DNA of 64,000 nt from assembly GCF_020745735.1 (NCBI RefSeq), contig NC_083444.1:4898001-4962000 (forward strand), written 5' to 3'. This document shows positions 1-29,400 of the stretch, one piece after another. The notes under the pieces are model-generated. The model saw only the letters and a list, made by a program, of their open reading frames with translations, had not been told where the DNA came from and searched no databases. Each line of letters starts with the position of its first letter. Position 1 is the stretch's first letter. This DNA is from Hemiscyllium ocellatum (taxonomy: Eukaryota). A program made the position numbers and the translations under genes.

Positions 1-443
1 TCCACCCTAACCTTCACATCCCTGGGCACTATGGGACAATTTAGCATGGCCAATCCACCCTAACCTACACATCACTGGACACTATGGACAATTTAGCATG
101 GCCAATCCACTCTAACCTGTACATCCCTGGTCACTATGGGATAATTCAGCATGGCCAATCCACCCTAACCTGCACATCCCTGGACACTATGGACAATTTA
201 GCATGGCCAATCCACCCTAACCTGCACATCCCTGGGCACTATGGGACAATTTAGCATGGCCAATCCACCCTAACCTGCACATCCCTGGTCACTATGGGAT
301 AATTCAGCATGGCCAATCCACCCTAACCTGCACATCCCTGGACACTATGGACAATTTAGCATGGCCAATCCACTCTAACCTGTACATCTCTGGGCACTAT
401 GGGGTAATTTAGCATGGCCAATCCACCCTAACCTGCACATCTT
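1..443. repeat. Minisatellite, 52-53-bp unit, at least 8 copies, expanded from the body of an HE1 SINE
   Basis: Unit TCCACCCTAACCTGCACATCCCTGG(G)CACTATGGGACAATTTAGCATGGCCAA starts at 1, 54, 106, 159, 211, 264, 317, 369, 422. Confidence 0.95.
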
Positions 444-576
444 TGGATGGTGGGGGGAAAACAGAGCACCCAAAGAAAACACCGACATGGGGAGAACATA
501 CAAACTCCATACAGACAGTCACCCGAGGCTGAAATTGAACCTGGGTCCCTGGCGCTGTGAGGCAACAGTGCTAACT
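422..576 (-). mobile_element. HE1-type (V-SINE) tRNA-derived SINE, 5' part, continuous with the minisatellite
   Basis: Reverse complement carries tRNA-like boxes (TTAGCACTG.., GGTTCAATTTC) and the V-domain text seen in the other copies. Confidence 0.85.
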
Positions 577-1484
577 AAATGCCCTGCTTGTCAGTGCACG
601 TAATTTGTAATTTGTTTAATTAGTCAAATGGGTGATTTGGGTGGGGGTGGGGGGGTCTTTAAAAACAAACAGCTAATTAAATCTGGGATCATCCCTGACT
701 TCATTGTGCTCTACCATACTGGGAGAATCCCAGTGAATGGTTGTGTGGGCTGCAGCCACCTGGAGATGCAGGGAACGAATGGCCTGGGAATGGGTGGTAC
801 ACAACTCCTTTACGGAAGTAGGACAGATTGAAAATACAGTTTCAAAAGAGTTAATAAAGAGAGGAATAAAGGCAAGCAAGTTTCACTAAACCTTGTTGAA
901 ATATTACTTATGCTTCAATTGTGGCAAAATCATCTTACCACATTTTAGGAAACATGTCAATACCACAGAGAGGATGCAGGGAAGATACGCTGGAATGCTA
1001 CAGCATTCCAGTTATGTGGAGTGGCTGGAAAAGATGGGATCATTCTCTTCAGAGCTGGGAAGATGGGAATTTAATCACAGTGTTCAAAATCATGATCACC
1101 TTAAAAATAAGGCAGGATGGTGGGTGATCAAAGGCCACAGATTTAAAATCATCACTATATAAAAAAAAAGGGATGACGTAAAATTTTTAAGTGCAGTGAG
1201 TTCTTACACTGTGAAAGGGCAATGGAACCGGATTCAATAATATCTTCCAAAGAGGCATTGAATACGTATGTGAGGGAGATTTGTGCAATGGTTAAGAGCA
1301 GGGGTTGTAGGGCTAGTTAGACAGCTTTTTGCAGAGTTGAACCAAAATGTTTTCTCTTGTGCTGTCAGGTTCTGTGGTATTTTAACATATCTACATGCCT
1401 GGGTGTTTTGTTCAGGCTGTAAATCAGAAATTTCACTTAGAAAGGAGAGTGCTGCAGGAGGGAGCCATTATGCCCCTACCAGGA

Positions 1485-1838
1485 TTCATAAAATCATGAG
1501 GGACATGGATAAGGTGAGGAGCAAAGATCTTTTCCTGAGAGTTGAGGTTCATAAGTAGAGGGCGTACTTTAAGGTGAGAGGACAAATACTTCAAAAGGAC
1601 CTGAGGGGCAACTTTTTCACACAGAAGGTGGTTTATACATGCAATAAACTGTCAGAGGAAATGGTAGATGCAGGGACAGTTACAACATCAAAAGGACATT
1701 TGGACAGGTACATGAATAGGAAAGATCTGGAGAGATATGGACCGAGTGCAGGTAAATGGAACTACTTTAGTTTGGGAAACGTGGTCAGCATGGATGAGTT
1801 GGACCCGAGCAGTCTATTTCTATTCTGTATGACTCTAT
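1485..1838 (+). mobile_element. CR1/HER1 LINE 3' fragment
   Basis: RGNFFTQKVV..WN.L..V.AGT..FK.HLD type ORF2 C-terminus plus 3' tail ATGACTCT. Confidence 0.85.
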
Positions 1839-2010
1839 AATTAGAAAGTGGAATATGTGGCTGTTTATGCAGTACAGCTCCAAATGATTGCGAGTGTGAG
1901 GAGAATTAATATGTTAAGTAAAACATGCAAAAAAAAAGACACTCAGAAAGAAGGATATGTGAAAATCCCTATTCATATTCTGTAAGAAAAACAGTTGCAA
2001 ATGCTCTTAC

Positions 2011-18103
<16,093 letters not shown>

Positions 18104-18149
18104 AGTGGTCTCTTACAGTCCTTCGCACAAGTGTGCTGCTCTGCTTGCA

Positions 18150-18250
18150 AGGGGCTATTTTTGGTTTTTTGGGAAGGGTTTCACCCATCCTCTTGATTGA
18201 GTCCCAGCTGTTGGATAGATCTCTGGAAGTTTCTGGGATTGCCAGCTGGT
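18150..18250 (-). promoter_or_regulatory. Putative muscle-specific proximal promoter of the nAChR subunit gene (MEF2 site plus two myogenic E-boxes)
   Basis: CTATTTTTGG (CCAAAAATAG on minus, MEF2-type) at 18155-18164; CAGCTG at 18205-18210 and 18243-18248; all 50-145 nt upstream of the ATG. Confidence 0.6.
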
Positions 18251-19439
18251 GAGTTAACCCTGCCCACCACAGTAACTCTATCTGTCAGAGCAACAGCAGG
18301 CCTCAGGGTCCCAGGGAGAGTAGTGAAGCTGGAAGAGTAGAATTTACTCTTTGTCTGCCTGTGGGAGGAAATCAGAGCAGCCGGCAGAAACCCAGGCCGA
18401 CAAGGAGAGAATGTGCAAACTCCACACAGACAGTCACCCGAGGCTGGAATCGAACCCTATGGCTGTGAGGCAGCAGTGCTGCTGACCACTGGGCCACCGT
18501 GCTGCCCCCATTGCTCGGACCCTCCAACCCCGGTAACATCCTTGTAAATCTTCTCTGCACCCTTTCAGGTTTCACAACACCTTTCTGATACCAAAAAGAC
18601 CAGAACTGAACTCATAACACTTTTCCCGACCTCAGGATATTCCAGAACACAGTGCAGTATTCCTGGCGTGGAGTCACTGGTACTATGCTGGTAACACGAC
18701 ATCCTATTTACATCCTAGAAAATAATAGGATCGTGGACAAATTATATGCTATTTAATGGTACTGACAGAGGGACAGATATGGGTCACCACATTATTACAC
18801 ATCTCTTGTCTTGAATACCCATCAGGACCTTGGCACACATGACACTGCAGCACTGAGGTTTCAGCTTTGATTTTTGTACCTAGTCATCTGAAGTTAAGCT
18901 GAAACACACATGGGAAAAATGGCATTGAGACAGATGATAGATTGTGATATCATGGAATAAAAGGCTGTCTCCACTTGTATTGTGGAGGATAGGCACAGAT
19001 TTTACAAAACCTGCTGCAAGAGAGGAAAATGCACCTTGGGGGAATAAAAGTACCTTGTCATGCATTGAGTAGCTGTGTCCTAGAAGACAGTGCCTAGAAA
19101 TGTGGTCGGGAGAGAATCCAATTGTTGCAGGGATGGGAATTGCAGGTGTTCTGATGAGCAGCAGAGGGCGCCTGTGGTTCAGCCTGGGGAGGCCATTCAG
19201 CCTCATATTGGTCGCCAGCCTCTAGCCCTGCCTTGTGGCTGCAGTAGGGATTGCAGCTTCAACACCCCCCGCCCCCATCCCCCCCCCCCCCCCCCCCCAC
19301 AATGAATATTTGATGCCTGGTTTGACAACGATACCCAAAACATGGCAAATAAAACAAAAAGATGTATCCCCTGGTTCCAGGTGAAGGTACCTATGGGTTT
19401 GTGGGTGGGATAGGGGGTCGTTGGGGAGAGTGGCACAAG

Positions 19440-20335
19440 CCAAGAATGTCAAAGGGAACGGTCTTTGTGGAAGGCAGAGAGGGTTGGGGAGGGGAAGGTG
19501 GTATTGGTGATGGAGTCTTGTTGAAGTTGGCAGATATGTTTCAGGATGATGCGTTGGATTCTGAGCCTGTTTGGGTGGTAGGTGAGGACCAGGGGGACTC
19601 TGTCTTTATTGTGTTGGGACGGGGTGGTTTAGAGCAGTGGAGCAGGCAATGGAGGTGGTGCAGCGGAGGGCTCTCTGGATGACAAAAGGGGGGACAAGCA
19701 CATTGTTCGAAGTAGGTGGACATCTGGGATACTCGCGAGTTGAATGGACTTGGGAGAATAGAGGGAGTTCTTGCAGGAAACTGGATGGAAGGGGGTGTAG
19801 TCCATGTAGTTATGAGAGTCCGTAGGTTTGTAGTAACATCCGCCTGGAGACTGTCATTGGAGATAGAAATGGTGAAGTCAAGAAAGGGGAGGGAGGTGTC
19901 CAAGATGGACCAAATGAATTTAAGGGCGGGGTGGTGGTTGTAGGTGAAGTTGGTGAACTACTCCATGTTAGCCTGGGTGCAGGATGCTACACTGATGTAA
20001 TCGTCAATGTAATGGAGGAAGAGTCGGGGCACAGTGCCTGTGTAGGCACTGAACAGGCACTGCTCGATATACCCAACAAAGACGCAGATGTATTGGGACC
20101 CATCAGGGTGCCCATGGCCACCCCCTTGTGTGGGGCCATGGAAGGGTATCAGGGAGGAGCAGTCTACATTGGGAAGGGGATTCAGTGAGGGGCCTTTCAG
20201 GGGCAAATCCTGAAGGAAGCCAGGGTGGCAGGACATAGGACATTTAATAGAAGGGGGATAGACACGATGGGCTGAAATGTTGTTGTGCAGTGAGGGTGGC
20301 GGTCCATGCAGACTCAGGTACCCTCCCTCCCCTGG
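19440..20335 (-). mobile_element. Penelope-like element RT remnant
   Basis: Frameshifted GVAMG..GP motif, LFLHYIDD catalytic motif, SLPFLD motif. Confidence 0.85.
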
Positions 20336-20588
20336 CATGGGGTGTAAGGGCTGGGTGGATTGGCTGTGGGATGTGCAGGGTTACATGGAAAGGGTAGGTC
20401 AGTGTGGACTCAATGGGCTGAATGGCCTGCTTCCAGACAATAGGGAATCTATGATTCCCTCTGTCGCTGTATTCTTTAAAGTTGTATCATTTAGTTTATC
20501 GTTCACCAAGCCACATGAGGAGATATTAGAGTGTGTGACCAGATGTTTGGTCAAACAGCATTCTAAAAAGGAGAGAGAGAGAGACATA

Positions 20589-20740
20589 CAAAGGAACCTC
20601 AATTATCTGGCATTCAATTAACCGAATTTCGGATTATCCCAACAAGATTGGAAGGCCATCTGGCATTCGATTATCCGGTATTCGATTAACCGAACAAAAT
20701 ACTCCCCTCCTGTGTCCTTCGGATAACCGAGGTTCCTCTG
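20589..20740. mobile_element. Tigger/pogo-type MITE (about 152 bp)
   Basis: TIRs CAAAGGAACCTCAATTATC / GATAACCGAGGTTCCTCTG, TA target duplication on both sides, internal TTCGATTA(T/A)CCG repeats. Confidence 0.8.
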
Positions 20741-21592
20741 TACAAACAGTTTGAGAAGGAAATTCCGTAAGACCTTGGCAGCTAAAGGCAAGGCTGTCAA
20801 TGATGCTGCAGTGAAAATCGAGGTAGGATAATACATCAGAACAGGACGTCAGCAGAGGTCTCTGAAGGTTTGTACGTGATGAGGAAAGGGACGAGTGGAC
20901 GTGTTTGAATAACACCAAACTAGCAAGCGAAAGGGGGAATGCGACTCGGTGTGAGTTAGGATAAGGTAGCCAAGTTTTGGATGAGCTGAAGTTTTACAGA
21001 AGGTGGAAGGTGGACACCAAGCAGAAGTCTATTGGAAGAGTGAAGCCAAGATGTGGCAAAACAAAGAGTTTCTCTTCAATCTGACTCAAATTGGCTGTTG
21101 TGTTTTCTAAATTACAACAGTTCAAAAATAATTTGTTGAGCCATGAAGCACTTTGGGACATCCTGAGATAATTCTATAAAAACACAATATTTTTCTCCCT
21201 TATCCAGCCTAATTCTCTCTCCAATCTCCCTCCGATAATATGAGCCATGACACTTACACTCCACACACATCTCCTCTGATGAAGGGCTTTTGCCCGAAAC
21301 ATCGATTCTCCATGCTACTCGGATAATAGACAATAGCTGCAGGAGTAGGCCATTCAGCCCTTCGAACCTGCACCACCATTCAATATGATCATGGCTGATC
21401 ATTCCTAATCAGTATCCGCTTCCTGCCTTATCTCCATAACCCTTGATTCCACTATCTTTGAGAGCTCTATCCAACTCTGATGCTGCCTGACCCGCTGTGC
21501 TTTTTCAGCACCACACTCTCGATTGTAATCTCCAGCATCTGCAGTCCTCACTTTCACCATCTCCTCTTAGTAGTCACATATCACAAGTAAAA

Positions 21593-21848
21593 CATAGAAC
21601 ATAGAACATGGAAAAATACAGCGCAGTACAGGCCCTTCGGCCCTCGAATATGCGCCGAACCAAGCCCACCTAACCTACACTAGCCCACTTTCCTCCATAT
21701 GCCTATCCAATGCCCGTTTAAATGCCCATAAAGAGGGAGAGTCCACCATTGCTACTGGCAGGGCATTCCATGAACTCACAACTCGCTGAGTAAAGAATCT
21801 ACCCCTAACATCTGTCCTTTACCTACCACCCCTTAATTTAAAGCTATA
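21593..21848 (-). mobile_element. CR1 LINE 3' end with (AACATAG)n tail
   Basis: Tandem tail repeat plus ORF2 C-terminal sequence. Confidence 0.75.
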
Positions 21849-22040
21849 ATAAGCTATTTAGCTTCTTTCCTGATCCATTTATCATATTCCTGTTCATTTT
21901 TCCTCGGACGCACTTCTTTCCAATTCAAGCTTCCTGCTTCTCCATGATATGGTCCACAGTTCCTTTCCATTAAGGATCATCCAGTGTATACTCTTAAGCT
22001 TCTATGTCAACACAACCAACAACCATGTTGTATCATTTCA

Positions 22041-22046
22041 TTTATT
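22041..22046 (-). terminator. Putative polyadenylation signal (AATAAA) of TMEM95
   Basis: tttatt on + strand, 277 nt past the inferred stop codon. Confidence 0.5.
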
Positions 22047-22322
22047 GTGGAGTTTGGAGGTTATGGTCGGTAAAGATCAGCAGAAGTACATTATTAAGCA
22101 ACAGCAGTTCTCGAGCACATGTTCTTTATAATAATGCGAATAAATTAAAAGCATCGACAATTGTGAATTGAATCGGTTTTCAAGTCAGACTTTGAATATA
22201 CAGCTTGATTTAACGAAGGTTAATTTGGATTTATACAATGAGGCAGCATCGGAACCTGTCTGTAGGCCTCATTTTTACTTTGCAATTTGATTCTGGGGTG
22301 TGCATTCTCTAAACTCCGTCCT

Positions 22323-22365
22323 CTACTCAAACTGATGGTCTGCCTCAGCTCTGAACTTCCTTGAT
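22323..22365 (-). CDS. TMEM95: TMEM95 exon 7 (cytoplasmic tail and stop)
   Basis: ctttcccaacag|A TCA AGG AAG ... GAG TAG = (E)SRKFRAEADHQFE*; correct phase 2; AATAAA about 280 nt downstream. Confidence 0.72.
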
Positions 22366-25300
22366 CTGTTGGGAAAGATTTCACAAAATTTTGGACATTT
22401 ATTGTGGAAAGGAAGAGAAACGCACTGGAGGCTTAAAACTGCGAAAGAAAAACGTGAAATTATGGAAACTGCCAGTGAGGCAGCAACTGTGGGGAGAGAG
22501 AGAGAAAAACAGTGAACATTTTAGGTTGATGAACTTTCATCGGAAAAACTTGTTTTCCCATAGTGCCTTGCATGATCTTAAAAACCCAACAGACCCTTCC
22601 AGCTAATGAAGCATCTTTTGTCAATGGTAATCCTGTTGCAAATGTGTTGCTGGTCAAAGCACAGCAGGTTAGGCAGCATCTCAGGAATAGAATCCTGTTG
22701 TAAAGCTAGAGGCACATGTGCACTGAATGGTATAATGGTAATGTTAATGTTACTTTACCAGTGATCCAGAGGCCCAACCCAATGTTCTGGAGACATGGAT
22801 TTGCATCCCACCACCTTGAATCATGAAAATTTAATTCTAGAGAAAGCTGGAGCTGCAAGATGGCGTCACATCCAATTGTGAATGGTGGTGGACAATTAAC
22901 AGTTAACAGGACGAGGAGGAAAGGTTGTTGTAATTGATCCCATCCCAAATCCATTCCCTTCACCAGCAACGACAGAGGAGCCTAGCACATAAAATCAAAA
23001 GACAACACTGATGCATTTATAATCCATCTTGGCCCCATGTGATGGTCCCAAGCATCGCAGACACCAGTCTTCAATCAGTTTGGTTGAATCTGATGCTGAG
23101 AAACAGCTGATGTGTGGATATTGCAAAGGCTATGGACCCTGACACATTCCAGCTATGGTATTGAAAACTTGTCCTTCAGAACTATCTGCACACCTAGCCA
23201 AGCCAATCCAGTCCAACAACAACATAGGCATCACGTATTGTTGCTCAGGTGAAAAGCAGGGGCAAATCCAGCCCAGCCAACAGTGCTATCAAGCAGCACT
23301 TTGAAAGGAAATAGCGTGCTCACTGATGCTCAGTTTGACTCCCACCAGAACCATGATTTCACCTGACTTCATTATCGCCCTGGGTCAGTAAGCTGAATTC
23401 CAAAAGTAACATGTACAGGCCTGCCACTGAAATCAAGGCAGTATTCACTCTATCCATGCCCCTCATGATTTTATAGACTTCTAAATGGTCACCTCACAGC
23501 CTTGGAGACTCCAGGGAAAATAGCAGTCTATTTAGCAGTCTCCCTACAGCTCAACATTTTGGGCATAAGCCCTTCTTCAGGAATGATTCCTGAAGAAGGG
23601 CTTATGCCTGAAACGTCGAATTTCCTGCTCCTTGGATGCTGCCTGACCTGCTGCACTTTTCCAGCAACACATTTTCAGCTCTGATCTCCAGCATCTGCAG
23701 TCCTCAATTTCTCCTCCCTATAGCTCAAACCATTCTACCCTGGAAACACCCTTGTAAATTTTTTCTGCACCCTTTTAATTTTCACATCTTTCCTACAGCA
23801 GGGAGACCAGAACTGAATGCAGTATTCCAAAAGTGGCCTAACCAATGTCTTGCCGGGGAAGAGTGAGGCCACTGCTTTTTTGGGGGGGGGGGGGGGGGGG
23901 GGGAACACTTTAAGAATGAGATAAGTGTCCTGAAAGCTGTTATTTTTATTACATTCCAACTAGGATCAGGTAGCTCAGCAGAAAGTGGAGACTGAGCCTA
24001 GAACTGTCCCACTTGTTTGGCCAGTTTGAGTCACCATCAGGCAGGCTGCTCGACAGAGAATTTATTTTAATATTACCAACTTCTTCCCTTGCTCATTTGT
24101 GTCAGGTTTAAACTGAACAATGGTTACAAATGCTGTAACCTTTCCAGTCTGGAAATACATGATTCAGAAATTGCAGCTATCGGGAAATACATCTTGCCGG
24201 CTGCAAAGACTCATGGCAGCATTTTAGGACAGTAGTTCGGGTGTAGAAACAGTTAAGATGCTTGGATAAGTAAAACTATTTTTATTACTGTTTTGTGCTT
24301 CCAATAAGTGTCTTATATCTGCAGCGTTTACTGGTACATGTACTTGTGGTTAGGCATTCTGATTTCACTCTATAACCGAGAAAACTCCAAAATGTGGAAA
24401 TAGCTCAATCCCAAGCATTCTGGACTAGAGAGGTTACAGCGTATAGTAGAGAGAAAGACATGTTACAAAGGCTGTTAATCACATTTACTGGGAAGCTTGA
24501 TAAACACTTCGAGGAGAAATGAATAGAAGGTTCTGTTAGAGGGAATTGAAGAGTGGGGTGGGTGACAGGATGCTTGTTTGAAGCATAAACATTAACACAG
24601 ACTATATGGATTAGAATGGTCTGTTTTGTTGCTTTAAGTTACAGGCAATTTGGTCGTAATCTCTCATTAACTTACTCGAAAATTAGCGTTATGCAACCAA
24701 TCAATATCGAGCTGCTTGATAGGCCAACTATCAGATAAATGGATTCTTTCAGATCTAGCCTGTCTGTTGGAAGATCAAGGTGAATCGTTAGAATCTTACA
24801 ATATAGACGAAGGCTATTCAGACCATCATGCAAGTGAAAGCTCTTTGAGAGAGCTATGCTATTCATCCCTCTGTTCCCATGTCACACCCTCCCCACAGCC
24901 ATGACAAAAGGGACTTGTTACTTTGGTCAGTTTTATCCAGGTGATGAACACTGAACTGTCCAGCTGAGCGAGATATGACACCCACCCTATAGAGTGTTGG
25001 GCAGCTGTAGCCCAAATTATTATCCGACTTGCTGCCCTAAAACCCCATCCTATCCCACTGCTGTCCTTCCATTCTCCCAATCTACAACGGCAACACAAGA
25101 TCAGATCATGAGCTTGGTGGTTTCTCAGGGGTTAGTGGTGGTGGTGTTCTATTTTATTCACGGGATGACGGTTTTGCTGGTTAGGCCAGCATTTATTGCA
25201 TATCCCTAATTGCCCAGAGGGCAGTTCAAGAGTTAAGCACATTGCTATGGGTGTGGAGTCACATATAGGCCAGACCACATAATGATGTCAGTTTCCTTCC

Positions 25301-26429
25301 CTTAAGGACATTAGTGAACCAGACGGGTTCATGGATTTGTGGATTCATGGTCATCATTAGATTCTTAATTCCAGATCTTCTATTGAATTCAAATTCCACC
25401 ATTTACCGTGGCGGGATTTGAACCCAGGTGCCCAGGCATTATCTGGGTCCCTGGATTAACAGTCACTGATTAATTGTCACTGTATTTGTTACAAATACAG
25501 GAGGGATTTGAGAGGGAAGTAGGGAGGTCGAGGTAAGAATACCTGTTGGGAGTTGGACATTGGGCTGGAAGGTGAGTTTCGGTTTCTTTGTGGCTCAGTG
25601 GATAACCTTCTAGCCCTTGAGCGTCTACTGTGTCAGGTTTCATGATCCCTTTACGATCCGTGCTCAGAATGGAGTCCCCTTCAACTTCACTACCTATCCA
25701 TCCAAGAAATGTCTTCTCAAGCCTCCCAATCTGCATCTGCTCTCAATTATTCCACAGGCCTCCCTCCTCCAATAAAGCTACGTTCACACAGGCCTCCCCT
25801 CACTCCCAGAAGGCCCTGACCCTGTCCATTCATTGGGTGGGCCCCTGTGAAAGTTGACTGAAATGAAGTTGCCCCATATCCTTCCGACTGTCCCTGAAAA
25901 CTCAGACCCTCAGTGTTTGGAGACATTGTGGCCCTGCGTCTCGTTCAACATTGAGGGTGGTGTGATGGTGGTGAGAGGCTTTACTCACTAGGCCAGCAGG
26001 TCTTCAGACTCCAGCAGTTGACCTCCACCTCCAGGCATGTGGTGCAGTTTATAACAGTCGTGGAGTCCCCTGGACAGACAAGGAGAGCAGGACCAGCTCA
26101 GCAACAACCAGAAGCCATACCGGGATATTCCAACGATGAGTTGCTAGGCACCTTTCCCACCGCCCCCCACCCCCCCACCCGCCCTGATGGTCCAAGTGAC
26201 AGGAAAGTGCAGAGCAGGTCAGGAGACATCTGTGAAGGGGAAATAACTGTTGGATTAGTTGGGGGGGGCGGGGAGCATTTCAAACCCCAGTAGCATATGT
26301 TATCTTCTGTTGGGGCTTGAGTTCAATTTCCATCTGATGTCATGGGATTCCAGACTGGCTAAAATTGCCACTCATTCACCTTCCTCTTTCTCCTACCACC
26401 CTGCAACTCTTGGTAAACTCTTTCCCCTC

Positions 26430-26466
<37 letters not shown>

Positions 26467-29400
26467 CTGAGGTTCCATGATAAAATGCTTCCCACTGAGG
26501 TTCCAGTTCTGCTTAGATGTATTCTGAGGCTGAGTGAAGCAACATGAAGAAAATGTGCTGCAACTTTTTTTAGGCTTCTTTTATTATAACTCAGCTTTTC
26601 TTCCCCACATCAGTGTCCAAGAGATTAGCCCTTAATTCCTGGAGACCACAGAACTATATAAGCAGTGCTAGAAAGTTGGCCAACCTGATTACTCTAACAT
26701 TTCACATATTTACACCGTTCACCTTTCTGTTTAAATTGGAAGGTGAGGCATTTTGACATGTGTTAGCTTTCACCAGGGTGGCACAGTGGTTAGCACTGCT
26801 GCCTCACAGCACCAGGGTCCCAGGTTCAATTCCATCCTTGGGCAACTGTCTGCATGGAGTTTGCACATTCTCCCTGTGACTGTGTAGGTTTCCTCCAGGT
26901 GCTCTGGTTTCCCTCCAAAGATGTGCAGGCTATGTGGACTGGCCAAGGGAAATGCGGGGTTACAGGGATAGGGTAGGGGGTGTCGGTCTGGAATGGGATG
27001 CTCTTTGGATGGTTGGTGTGGACTTGATAGGCCAAATAGATGCTTCCACACTGCTGGGATTCAATGGTTTCCATCTATAGAAGCCAAAGGGTCGAAGTCT
27101 CTCTCTGTCTGTCCTGAAGTCACATGACACCAGATTATTGTCCAACAGGTGAAACAGCAGTGCTCCGAAAGCTTGTGATTTCAAATAAACCTTTTGGACT
27201 ATAAGCTGGTGTTGTGTGACTTCTGAATTTGTCCAACCCCATACCTTCATATTATCTCTCTCTCTGTCTAAGATGCTCTGAACAGGTTCGGGATTAAGCC
27301 AAGGAGACTTCCTGATCTGTGAGACTCAAGACATGATTACACACACTGAATTTCCAATGGAGTGCATTTTGGTGATGTTTCCATAGTGGGGCTTTGAATT
27401 CCAGGCTGTCCATCCCAGATCTGATAGCTTGCTGTACCCTAACCATAATTTTAAGGAGGCTGTAGGCTATACTCACTGCATTTGGGGGCACACATGGCTG
27501 CAGAGAAAAAAAGAAGAGTTTAATCAATTACCAAGAAGTAGCACTTCTATCACATCTTTAATACATTGAAATGCCCCAAGGCAATAGCATTGTTATCAGA
27601 ACAAAACTCACATGGGCAAATATTGGGTCACGAGACTAAAATCCTGGGCACATAAGTAGGCTTTAAGAAGCACTTTAAAGGAGGAAGAGGCAAAGATGTT
27701 GAAGAAGAAACCTTCAGTGTTAGTGCACTACAGGCACGGCTACCAATGGAAGAGTAAAGATAAAGTGATACATGAGAGGGTGTAGGGAGACACAGATGTC
27801 ACAGCACAGGGAGGAGCGAAGCCATGGAGAGATATGGACGAGTTATTGGACTGAGTTAGCAAGTACAGGCATAATGAGTGAACAGCAAGTTCAGGATACA
27901 GGTAACAGAGCTTTGGATTCACCAATGGCTTTCTGACCTGGCCTGACTGACAGCAAGTCTGACGCTGCCACAAAACCATACAGGAAACAAGTAGAAAATG
28001 TCTGACCTAATTTTTCATCTGAAGAAACAATGAGATTCTCCTGTGGTTTGCTCAAGAGTTTTCATAGATTTGCAATGATAGAGTGTCTTTCTCAATCTTG
28101 GGATGTCCCAGAATGCTTTGCAGCAAACTCCTATAAATACCAATGGGATAAGATGATGAGATAATCTATTTTTGGTGGTGCTGGCTAAGAGATAAATATT
28201 TTTCAGGATGCCAGCGATAACATGTCTGCTCTTTAAGAGTATCTCTTTACATCCACCTGAGAGAGCACAGGAGGGGCCTTTGTTAAACTTTTCCACTTAA
28301 AAATGACACTTCCAACAGTGTGGCACACTCTCTCTGTACTACAGTAGGAGTATAATGCTAGGCTTTGTGATCAGGTTTCTACAATATGAATTGAACCAAC
28401 ACTTTTCTGACACAGAGACGACCCACAGTTACGCCACGATCAATTCTATTAATATCCAGTAGTGGGAGAGTTATTATCTAGAGCACTGTCTCTGAGGCAG
28501 AAGGTGAGAGGAATTAGCATAACACCAAACAGCCCCATTATGGAGCAACAGCTCTCATTGTTGGATGAACATCTAGTGTTGACAGTTGTCTCTGATGAAT
28601 GTGGGTGTCCACCATCCACTTTTGCCAACTGAGTGTTGCTCATGTTTGATGTTTGAGTAAGGATCTGTCTTCAGGATGGCAACAATTATTTAAAAGTATC
28701 AACAACAAATGTCTTCTCACCCTCTTGGGTCAATTTTGGAAGCTTTACTTCATAGAGCCAGTTCCAAAAGATAGGCAAGTCTGTTAGGGTCTGGTTGATC
28801 TCTGTGGAGACAAATGCACATGCAGAGATTGTGATGGTCATTTTCAAGACTAGCATCTATAGTATAGTATACAGGTAGAAGAATAATCCTGCCTACCTAT
28901 CACTCGTAGAACACGGTGGACCTTTTCTGAGATCGTATCAACCAACACTTCATCTGGGCAGAAAAATAGCAGTATCATATTTTTACCATTATTGAATAAA
29001 ATTGATCTCTTATATATTAGAGTTGATCTTTCTCTGCACCGTCTTTATAGCTGTAACACTATATTCTGCACTGTGCTCTATTACCCGGATGTAGTTATGT
29101 GTTTGTCTGGTTAGCAGCAATATGATATTTTTCACCGCATCTCAGTACATGGACAGTAGCAAGTCAAATCAAAATTCCCTCCCACAGAATCTCAGTGAAC
29201 CCCCGTCTTATTCATTTCCACTGGACAGAATTCTACTGCACTCAAACTACTTGCGGGCGGCACGGTGGCACAGTGGTTAGCACTGCTGCCTCACAGCATC
29301 AGAGACCTGGGTTCAATTCCTGCCTCAGGCGAATGACTGTGTGGAGTTTGCACATTCTCCCCGTGTCTCATGGGTTTCCTCCGGGTGCTCCGGTTTCCTC

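Noticed and set aside
1-443. CRISPR-like array
   Set aside because: Units are contiguous with no unique spacers, derive from the HE1 SINE, and the genome is vertebrate
600-1990. nAChR exons 10-12
   Set aside because: No matching coding sequence found; the region is CR1 debris, so these exons lie outside the window
29255-29330. tRNA genes at SINE heads
   Set aside because: A/B boxes continue directly into SINE body; no complete cloverleaf
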